NCBI GenBank assembly: GCA_902567855.1
Contig: CACFOQ010000002.1
Location: forward strand, 15,163-79,162
Source of the DNA: an uncultured Alphaproteobacteria bacterium
Lineage (GTDB): Bacteria > Pseudomonadota > Alphaproteobacteria > HIMB59 > GCA-002718135
Direction: 5' to 3'
DNA length: 64,000 bases
Shown here: positions 56,716-64,000 of the stretch, piece by piece
Position numbering within the stretch: position 1 is the first letter of the stretch
Layout: each line of letters starts with the position of its first letter
Notes under the pieces: model-generated
What the model saw: the letters and a program-made list of their open reading frames with translations, nothing else
Told to the model about the DNA's origin: nothing
Databases searched by the model: none
Position numbers and translations under genes: made by a program

Positions 56716-57228
56716 ATGAATAAAATTCTTTATGTTCCTGATCCAATATTACGTCAAACCTCAAAAAAAATAAAAAAAATTACATCAAAAGAAATAGATA
56801 TTTCAAAAAAAATGATAGATTTAATGTTGAAAGCTCCTGGAGTAGGTCTTGCAGCAAATCAAATTGGAATATTAAAAAAAATAGTGACCATTAATCTTCC
56901 AAGTGAAAATAATGAGAAAAATAAAATTTATACTTTATTTAATCCAATAATTACTTCGTACTCTAAAAAAAAAGTTATTATGGAAGAAGGATGTTTATCT
57001 ATTCCAAAGCAGTTTGCAGATATTGAAAGACCAGAAAATATAACCATAGAATACTTGAATGAAAAAAATGAGCAAATTAAAGAAAAAAAACAAGGTTATG
57101 AAGCTAGAATACTTCAACATGAAATAGATCATCTGTATGGACGGCTTTTTATAGATTATCTTTCTTCTTTAAAAAGAAATATTATAATTAAAAAAGTTTT
57201 AAAATTGAAAAAGGCTGGAGATATCTGA
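56716..57228 (+). CDS. def: Peptide deformylase
   Basis: GVGLAANQ, EGCLS and HEIDHL motifs. Confidence 0.9.
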   Translation: MNKILYVPDPILRQTSKKIKKITSKEIDISKKMIDLMLKAPGVGLAANQIGILKKIVTINLPSENNEKNKIYTLFNPIITSYSKKKVIMEEGCLSIPKQFADIERPENITIEYLNEKNEQIKEKKQGYEARILQHEIDHLYGRLFIDYLSSLKRNIIIKKVLKLKKAGDI

Positions 57229-58154
57229 TGGCATCAAGAAGAATTATTTTTATGGGAACACCAGAAATTTCTTCTATATATTTACAATCTTTAATAGATT
57301 CCGATCAAAATATTATTGCTGTTTTTACTCAACCTCCAAGAAAAAAAGGAAGAGGAATGAAAATTCAACAATCTCCTGTTCATAAATTAGCTGAAGATAA
57401 TTCAATTAGTGTTTTTACTCCAACGGATTTAAATTTGAATATTTCATTAAATAAAATTAAAGAATTAAAACCAGATTTAATCGTAATAATGGGCTATGGA
57501 CTTAAAATTCCAAAAAATATTTTAGATTTACCAGAGTATGGTTGCATTAATATCCATGTATCTTTACTTCCAAGATGGCGAGGAGCATCACCAATTGAAT
57601 ATACTTTATTAAATGGAGATAAAGAAGCTGGAATAACAATTTTTAAACTTATTGAAAAAATGGATGCAGGGCCAATCATTTTTCAAGACTCTATAGAAAT
57701 TGATAATAAAATTAATAAAGATGATCTTACTAGTAAATTAAATAATATAGGTAAAAAATCATTAATAAGAATTTTACCAAATATATTTGATAATAAAATT
57801 AAATTTAAGGATCAAGATAATAACAAGGTTACCTATACAAAAAAAATATTACCAGATATGAGAAAACTTGATTTTAATGAAAATGTTGAAACTATTCATA
57901 ATAAAATCAGAGCTTTTTCAACTTATCCTTGTGCTTGGTTTGAATTAAATAACGAAAGAATTAAAATCATTAAATCTAATTTTGTTAAAGGAAATTGGCT
58001 ACCATCAACTATAATAAATGATCAATTTCATATTGGTTGTACTTTTGGGAAAATTTGTCCTCAGTTAATTCAAAGAGAAGGAAAAAAACCAATGCTGCTA
58101 AGTGATTTTTTAAAGGGATATAGCTTTGAAATTGGCACTAAGATAGATGAATAA
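57228..58154 (+). CDS. fmt: Methionyl-tRNA formyltransferase
   Basis: IIFMGTPE start, HVSLLPRWRGASPI motif, def-fmt synteny. Confidence 0.9.
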   Translation: MASRRIIFMGTPEISSIYLQSLIDSDQNIIAVFTQPPRKKGRGMKIQQSPVHKLAEDNSISVFTPTDLNLNISLNKIKELKPDLIVIMGYGLKIPKNILDLPEYGCINIHVSLLPRWRGASPIEYTLLNGDKEAGITIFKLIEKMDAGPIIFQDSIEIDNKINKDDLTSKLNNIGKKSLIRILPNIFDNKIKFKDQDNNKVTYTKKILPDMRKLDFNENVETIHNKIRAFSTYPCAWFELNNERIKIIKSNFVKGNWLPSTIINDQFHIGCTFGKICPQLIQREGKKPMLLSDFLKGYSFEIGTKIDE

Positions 58155-58881
58155 ATATAAATTAAAAATAGAATATGATGGCTCACATTTTGTAGGTTGG
58201 CAAAAACAAAATAATGGTGTTTCAATTCAAGAATCTATAGAACATGCTATTTTTGAATTAACTGGTGAAAAAACAATAGTATTTGGAGCTGGACGAACAG
58301 ATGCTGGCGTTCATGCTTTAGGTCAGGTTGCACACTTTGATTTAGAAAAAAATTTTAATATAGATAAGGTTCGTGATGGTTTAAATCATCATTTAAGACC
58401 TAACCCAATAGCAATATTAAAAGTTGAAAATGCTAGTGATAGTTTTCATGCTCGTTTTTCAGCTAAACAACGTACTTATGAATATCTAATAACTAATAGA
58501 CGGGCACCATTAACAATTAAAAAAAATAAATCATGGTCAATTTTTAAAACAATAGAATTAGAAAAAATGAAATATGAAGCAAATTTTTTTATTGGGAAAC
58601 ATGATTTACAAGCTTTTAGATCCATAGATTGTCAATCTACTACTTCCATAAAAACTATTGATGAAATAAAGATATCTAAGAATAATGAAAATTTGAATAT
58701 ATCTATATCTGCTAAATCATTTTTGCATTCTCAAGTAAGAATAATGGTTGGTACTTTAGTGGAAATAGGTAAAGGCAAAATAACAGAATCTATTACTCAG
58801 ATCATAAAAAGTAAGGACAGAACTAGAGCAGGAGTTACAGCGCCTGCACATGGCTTATACCTAGTAAAAGTTAATTATTAG
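58147..58881 (+). CDS. truA: tRNA pseudouridine(38-40) synthase
   Basis: GAGRTDAGVHA catalytic motif. Confidence 0.9.
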   Translation: MNKYKLKIEYDGSHFVGWQKQNNGVSIQESIEHAIFELTGEKTIVFGAGRTDAGVHALGQVAHFDLEKNFNIDKVRDGLNHHLRPNPIAILKVENASDSFHARFSAKQRTYEYLITNRRAPLTIKKNKSWSIFKTIELEKMKYEANFFIGKHDLQAFRSIDCQSTTSIKTIDEIKISKNNENLNISISAKSFLHSQVRIMVGTLVEIGKGKITESITQIIKSKDRTRAGVTAPAHGLYLVKVNY

Positions 58882-58886
58882 AAAAT

Positions 58887-59156
58887 TTATTTTTTAGACT
58901 CTAATAAACGTTTTTTAAATAAAGTTACCCCAAATTTTTTTTTGTTTTCATATGATTTATCAAAAGCAATTTGTTGCCATCCAGAAAGACGTTTTCGTAT
59001 AGTATTCAAATTTTCTTCTTTCCAGTTGTTACTAGTATCTGGATTATTCCACTCAACTTTATCACTGTCAGATCTTCCACAGCCATAACAATAACCTGAC
59101 ACAGGATCTGATTTACATATTGATATACAGGGAGAAACAATTAAATTTTCATTCAT
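58887..59156 (-). CDS. DUF1289-like small Cys-rich protein
   Basis: SPCISICK....GYCYGCGR pattern. 89 aa. Confidence 0.6.
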   Translation of the reverse strand: MNENLIVSPCISICKSDPVSGYCYGCGRSDSDKVEWNNPDTSNNWKEENLNTIRKRLSGWQQIAFDKSYENKKKFGVTLFKKRLLESKK

Positions 59157-59236
59157 TACGTAAAAGTATATTTATTTATAAACTTTTCAAATAAAATAGT
59201 TTAGTTATCAACAAAACAGTTAATAGTAGTTTTATT

Positions 59237-60217
59237 ATGATCAATTTTAATATTTCTCAAATAAATGAGGCATATCAACGAATTCAACCATTTATTGTAA
59301 AAACGCCTTTAATTTATAGTGAATACTTAAATAATATTACTAAGGCTAAAGTTTTTTTCAAATTAGAAAATTTACAAAGAACAGGTTCTTTTAAATTAAG
59401 AGGCGCAACAAATAAAATTATTCAATTAACTTTAGAAGAAAAAAAAAGAGGTGTCGTTGCATATTCATCTGGTAATCATGCTCAAGCAGTTGCATATGCT
59501 TCAAAGCTTTTGGGGATTAATGCTAAAATTGTTATGCCAAAAAATGCACCAATGATAAAAATTAATAATACAAAAAAATATGGTGCTGAAATTGTTCTTT
59601 ATGATCCTACTTCAGAAAATAGAGAAAAGATTGGAGAAGAAATAGCTAATATTGAAAAACGTATTTTAATTAAACCATATGATGATGAAAACATAATAGC
59701 TGGCCAAGGAACAAGTGGTAAAGAAATAGTAGAAGAATTAATTAATTTAGGAGAAAAACCAGATTTATATTTATGTTGTTGTGGTGGAGGCGGATTAATT
59801 GCAGGAACTTCCACATACATGAAACATAAATTTAAAAATATTAAATGTTATTCTGTTGAGCCAGAAAATTTCAATGATACTCAAATTTCTTTAATTAATA
59901 ATAATATTACCCCTAATAAAAAATTATCGTATTCAATTTGTGATGCGCTTTTAGCAGAACAACCAGGAGATGTTACTTTTGCAATAAATAAACAAAATCT
60001 ATCAGGAGGATTAACAGTAAGTGATGATGAGGTTAAAAAAACTATAGTTGAGCTTGCTGAAAATTTAAAAATAGTTGTAGAACCAGGAGGCGCTGTTGCT
60101 GCAGCAGCTTTGTTAAATAAAAAAATTGATGTTAAAGATCAAACTATTGTAGTTATGATTTCTGGTGGCAATATCGATAGTGAGTTTTTTTATAATATTT
60201 CAAAAGATTGTAAATGA
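59237..60217 (+). CDS. PLP-dependent threonine/serine dehydratase-family enzyme (fold type II)
   Basis: PLP-lysine motif GSFKLRGA and GGGGL loop. 326 aa, no regulatory domain. Confidence 0.8.
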   Translation: MINFNISQINEAYQRIQPFIVKTPLIYSEYLNNITKAKVFFKLENLQRTGSFKLRGATNKIIQLTLEEKKRGVVAYSSGNHAQAVAYASKLLGINAKIVMPKNAPMIKINNTKKYGAEIVLYDPTSENREKIGEEIANIEKRILIKPYDDENIIAGQGTSGKEIVEELINLGEKPDLYLCCCGGGGLIAGTSTYMKHKFKNIKCYSVEPENFNDTQISLINNNITPNKKLSYSICDALLAEQPGDVTFAINKQNLSGGLTVSDDEVKKTIVELAENLKIVVEPGGAVAAAALLNKKIDVKDQTIVVMISGGNIDSEFFYNISKDCK

Positions 60218-61965
60218 TTTCATTATTAAAAATTCAAAAATGGATGGAAGAAAACAATAAGGATGTTCTTCTCATAAATAGGACTGATGAATTTTTAAGT
60301 GAATATATCGCACCTTATGCAGAAAGGCTACAATGGTTAACGAAATTTTCAGGCTCTGCAGGAAGAGCTATAATAGAAAAAAATAAAGCATATATATATG
60401 TTGACGGTAGGTATACAAATCAAGTTAAACAGGAAGTAGATAAAAATTTTTTTGAAATCAAACATTTGAAAGAATATTGGAATAAATTAGAAAAATATAA
60501 GAAAGAAAAAAAAATTATTGCTTTAGATGAATCATTACATTCTATAAATGAAGTAGATAAATTAGAAGAAATATTTAAATTTTCTAAATGCTCCTTAAGT
60601 TTTTTAGAAAATAATCCAATTGATTTTTTTTGGAAAGACCAGCCAAAATTTCCTAATTCTTTAGCTTTTTTACATGAAGAAAAGTATGCTGGAGATAAAA
60701 CAATAAATAAAATTAAAAAAATACAATATAAAATTAAACAAGCTTCAATTGACTATTATCTATTAAATACTTTAGACTCAATAGCATGGCTTTTAAATAT
60801 AAGAGGTAATGATGTAATGTATACCCCTTTAATATATTGTTATGTTATAATCCCCAAAACAGGAAAAGTAGAATTATTTATTGAAAAGAAAAAAATTAAG
60901 AAAATTATTAATAAAATAGATAAATATGTTAATGTTAATTCTTTTAAAAGTTTTAAATTATTTATAAATAAAATTAAAATTCAAAAAACTATAGGAATAG
61001 ATAAAAAAGAATCACCATATTCATTCAAAAAAATATGTAAATACACAGGACTAAAAATTCATTATTTAGAAAATCCCTGTCTTTATCTAAAAGCTAAAAA
61101 AAACTTAGTAGAAATAGAGGGTGCGAAGAAAGCTAATATTCGAGATGGAGTAACGATTTCAAAATTTTTATATTGGTTAAAAAACAAAATTGATATTGAT
61201 AAAATGGATGAAATAAAAGCCTCTCAATATTTATTGGCATTAAGAAAAAAAAATGAATTATTTTATTCTCCTTCTTTTGAGACAATATCAGCTTTTGGTA
61301 AACATGCTGCCTTACCTCATTACAGAGTTTCGAAGAAATCAAATTTACGTTTTAAAAAAAATCAAATTTATTTGTTTGATTCTGGAGGACAATATTTTGA
61401 TGGCACTACAGATATAACTAGAACAGTTATTATTGGGAAATCTAATAATGAACAAAAAGATCGTTTTACTAGAGTCCTGAAAGGACATATTGCTATTGCT
61501 TTAGTTAAGTTTCCTAAAAATTCTAAAGGCTCTTCCATTGATCATTTGGCAAGAAAATGGCTTAATGAAATAAATTGCGATTTTGATCACGGTACTGGGC
61601 ATGGCATAGGTAGTTTTTTGAGTGTTCACGAAGGACCTCAAAGAATAGCTAAAAATCAAGGCCAAAGTGATGGCATCCTTAAAGAAGGTATGATTGTTTC
61701 TAATGAACCTGGTTACTATAAAGAAGAAAAATATGGAATAAGAATAGAAAATTTAATTTTGTGTGTTGTTAATGGTAAAAACTCTCTTCAATTTGAGACA
61801 ATTTCTTGGGCGCCAATTGATAGAGATATGATAAAAGTTAGTTTATTAACTAAAGATGAAATTGATTGGGTTAATAATTATCACAATAAAGTTTATGAAA
61901 ACTTAAATAAATATCTTGATGAAGATGAGAGGAACTGGCTATATTTAGTAACAAAGCCACTGTAA
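60214..61965 (+). CDS. Xaa-Pro aminopeptidase (M24B, long form)
   Basis: HGTGHGIG, SNEPGYY and IRIEN metal-ligand motifs. 583 aa. Confidence 0.85.
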   Translation: MISLLKIQKWMEENNKDVLLINRTDEFLSEYIAPYAERLQWLTKFSGSAGRAIIEKNKAYIYVDGRYTNQVKQEVDKNFFEIKHLKEYWNKLEKYKKEKKIIALDESLHSINEVDKLEEIFKFSKCSLSFLENNPIDFFWKDQPKFPNSLAFLHEEKYAGDKTINKIKKIQYKIKQASIDYYLLNTLDSIAWLLNIRGNDVMYTPLIYCYVIIPKTGKVELFIEKKKIKKIINKIDKYVNVNSFKSFKLFINKIKIQKTIGIDKKESPYSFKKICKYTGLKIHYLENPCLYLKAKKNLVEIEGAKKANIRDGVTISKFLYWLKNKIDIDKMDEIKASQYLLALRKKNELFYSPSFETISAFGKHAALPHYRVSKKSNLRFKKNQIYLFDSGGQYFDGTTDITRTVIIGKSNNEQKDRFTRVLKGHIAIALVKFPKNSKGSSIDHLARKWLNEINCDFDHGTGHGIGSFLSVHEGPQRIAKNQGQSDGILKEGMIVSNEPGYYKEEKYGIRIENLILCVVNGKNSLQFETISWAPIDRDMIKVSLLTKDEIDWVNNYHNKVYENLNKYLDEDERNWLYLVTKPL

Positions 61966-61970
61966 AAAAA

Positions 61971-63080
61971 ATGATATTAATTTTAACTCAATGTTTTCCT
62001 AGCCGAATTGGAGGAGTAGAAAATTTAATAAGTAATCTTTCTTTAAGTTTAAGTAATTCTGAAAAAATTATTGTTTTTGCAGATAGTCATCATTTAACTA
62101 ACGATGCTCAGTATGATAATTTATATAAAAACAGAATAACAGTTTATAGAACAGGAGGTATAAAATTTTTAAGGCGCAGGAAAAAAATAAAAGAGGTTAA
62201 GAATTTTATTGAGTCAAATGAAGTAAAGCTTATCATAGCTGATAGTTGGAAAAGTCTAGAAATTGGCATAGATTATTTTAATAATAAAAAAATACCAACA
62301 ATTTGTCTTGCACATGGCAATGAATTATTATCCTCTAATCCAAATAAAAATAAAAGAATAAATCAGACTTTAAATAAGACAAATATCATCATTTCAAACT
62401 CTAATTATACTAAAAGTCTTGTAAGTAGAGTAACTAAATCACAAAGTGATATTAATGTTATATATCCCGGAGCTTCAGATTTTAGAAACTTAAAAGAAAA
62501 TAAAATCAATAATATAAATGGGAATCCCATACTATTGACATTAGCTCGATTAGAAAAAAGAAAGGGTCATTTAATTATTATAAAAGCAATCAAAGAACTA
62601 TTAAATGAATTTTCTAATTTAACATACCTTATTGCTGGAAATGGACCTGAAGAAAAAAGTTTAAAACAATTTGTTCAAGAAAATAATCTTCAAAAAAATA
62701 TAATTTTTCTAGGTAATATAGATGACTCTCAAAAAAAATATATATTTGATAAAACAGACTTAATGATTATGCCTACACTTGATGAAACAAAAAATAATTC
62801 AATTGAAGGGTTTGGCATTGCCTATATAGAAGCTGCATTCTTTTCTATACCTTCTATAGCTTCTAATAAGGGCGGCACTCCAGAAGCTGTTTTAGATAAT
62901 GTTACAGGAAAAATTATCAATAATATTAATGAACTTGAAAATTCAATTAGAGAATTAATAACAAACAAAAAACTAAGAGAAAAACTAGGAGTAAATGCAA
63001 AACAAAGAGCTGAAAATGAACTTAGTTGGAAAATTATATCTGATAAATATCTATCGTTAATAAAGAGTTTAACTAATTAA
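61971..63080 (+). CDS. Glycosyltransferase family 1 (GT4-like)
   Basis: C-terminal EGFGIAYIEA motif. 369 aa. Confidence 0.8.
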   Translation: MILILTQCFPSRIGGVENLISNLSLSLSNSEKIIVFADSHHLTNDAQYDNLYKNRITVYRTGGIKFLRRRKKIKEVKNFIESNEVKLIIADSWKSLEIGIDYFNNKKIPTICLAHGNELLSSNPNKNKRINQTLNKTNIIISNSNYTKSLVSRVTKSQSDINVIYPGASDFRNLKENKINNINGNPILLTLARLEKRKGHLIIIKAIKELLNEFSNLTYLIAGNGPEEKSLKQFVQENNLQKNIIFLGNIDDSQKKYIFDKTDLMIMPTLDETKNNSIEGFGIAYIEAAFFSIPSIASNKGGTPEAVLDNVTGKIINNINELENSIRELITNKKLREKLGVNAKQRAENELSWKIISDKYLSLIKSLTN

Positions 63081-63086
63081 TAAATT

Positions 63087-64000
63087 ATGAAAATTTTATT
63101 TTATAATCCATGGCCCAACCAAAATAAATGGATATTATCTATTAAAAAAAAGTTTGTTGGTTATCAAATATATACTCTTAAAGACAAATTTAAATTTGAA
63201 GATATAGAATGTGCAATTATTTGGAATTTACCCGATAACATATTTAAAAAATTAAGCAGATTAAAAGTTATTTTCTCATTAGGTGCAGGTGTTGATCATA
63301 TTTTAAAATTACCAAGTTATAAAGACACTCCAATTTTTCGAATTAAAGATACTAATATGTCTAAAAGAATGTTTAATCATATTCTTTCACAAGTTTTATA
63401 CTATCAATTAAAATTAAAAAAATTTGAAAATGGAAAAATTAAAAAACAATGGTTAGAAGAAGAAGAAACTTTACTTAATCAACAAATAACAATAGGAATA
63501 TTAGGAGCAGGTTTTTTAGGAAATGAAGTAGGAAAAAATCTTAAAAAATTAAATTATAATATTATAGGTTATAAAAATTCTAAAAATAATACTAAAATTC
63601 CATTTGAAGTTTTTACAAAAAATCAAATTGATATATTTTTAAAAAAAAGCGATATTATTGTTTCTATTTTACCGGCAACTTTAGCAACAAATAATTTTAT
63701 TGATAAAACTTTTCTACAGAAAATGAAAAGACAAGGTTTATTAATTAATGTAGGTAGGGGAAATTCAATAAATGAAAAGCATTTAATTAAGCATTTAATA
63801 AAACATAAAGATTTTTATGTTTCTTTAGATGTTTTTAAAAATGAGCCACTTACTAAAAATCATAAATTTTGGGATCTTCCAAATGTTACAATTACACCCC
63901 ATATTGCAGCAGTTACAGATATCGAATCTTCTGTAAATTACATTTTTAAAAGAATAAATAGTATAAAAAAAGTTAAAAAAATTAAAAGTGAGGTTAATTT
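63087..64000 (+). CDS. D-isomer-specific 2-hydroxyacid dehydrogenase (GhrA-like), 3' end beyond the window
   Basis: Hand translation from the ATG at 63087 stays open to the window end. GILGAGFLG NAD motif, NVGRG, DVF..EPL, TPHIA. Absent from the ORF track because no stop is reached. Confidence 0.75.
   Translation, partial: MKILFYNPWPNQNKWILSIKKKFVGYQIYTLKDKFKFEDIECAIIWNLPDNIFKKLSRLKVIFSLGAGVDHILKLPSYKDTPIFRIKDTNMSKRMFNHILSQVLYYQLKLKKFENGKIKKQWLEEEETLLNQQITIGILGAGFLGNEVGKNLKKLNYNIIGYKNSKNNTKIPFEVFTKNQIDIFLKKSDIIVSILPATLATNNFIDKTFLQKMKRQGLLINVGRGNSINEKHLIKHLIKHKDFYVSLDVFKNEPLTKNHKFWDLPNVTITPHIAAVTDIESSVNYIFKRINSIKKVKKIKSEVN

Noticed and set aside
262-61342. Other short antisense or overlapping track ORFs (e.g. 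262..498, 2894..3097, 3577..3858, 5326..5913, 6300..6593, 8756..8968, 20275..20532, 24138..24368, 38051..38341, 47015..47209, 50460..50753, 61133..61342)
   Set aside because: Each lies inside a longer ORF with recognisable family motifs on the other strand or in another frame. These are typical shadow ORFs.

Overview
AT-rich, gene-dense chromosome segment with a streamlined marine alphaproteobacterial look (lepA; cycM-kdsB-pheA-ffs-dnaX-ybaB-recR-def-fmt-truA block; many ABC importers). This fits a Pelagibacterales (SAR11)-like genome, but that assignment is inference only. Layout: (i) 1-9.2 kb, lepA plus a sugar-acid catabolic/ABC cluster. (ii) 9.2-12 kb, three very AT-rich hypothetical genes. 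(iii) 12.2-30.9 kb, the standout region. One intact tRNA-Ser(GGA) is followed by five direct copies of its 3' 61 nt, which partition 18.7 kb into five cassettes of 0.44 to 13.2 kb. I find no integrase, transposase, rep or phage gene in any cassette. Each cassette carries the same tandem 11-bp-periodic repeat (N5-CAC-W-T, twice) just inside both ends. The 5-mer differs between cassettes, and the repeat sits at a fixed distance from the tRNA core. The fragments come in three variable-arm alleles with compensatory changes. I read this as an accretion array of trans-mobilised, attP-like-bounded cargo cassettes. (iv) 31-45 kb, accessory catabolic genes and a second sugar ABC system. (v) 45-64 kb, core housekeeping genes and an SRP RNA. 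Cassette cargo includes a 13-kb LacI-regulated catabolic island, a secreted caspase-like protease fused to tandem Tudor-like domains, a MORN-repeat protein pair, and small membrane proteins. Limits: everything was done by eye. Coordinates of non-ORF features were hand-counted (expect +/-1-2 nt). Product calls rest on recognised motifs, not searches, and no GC or identity statistics were computed.
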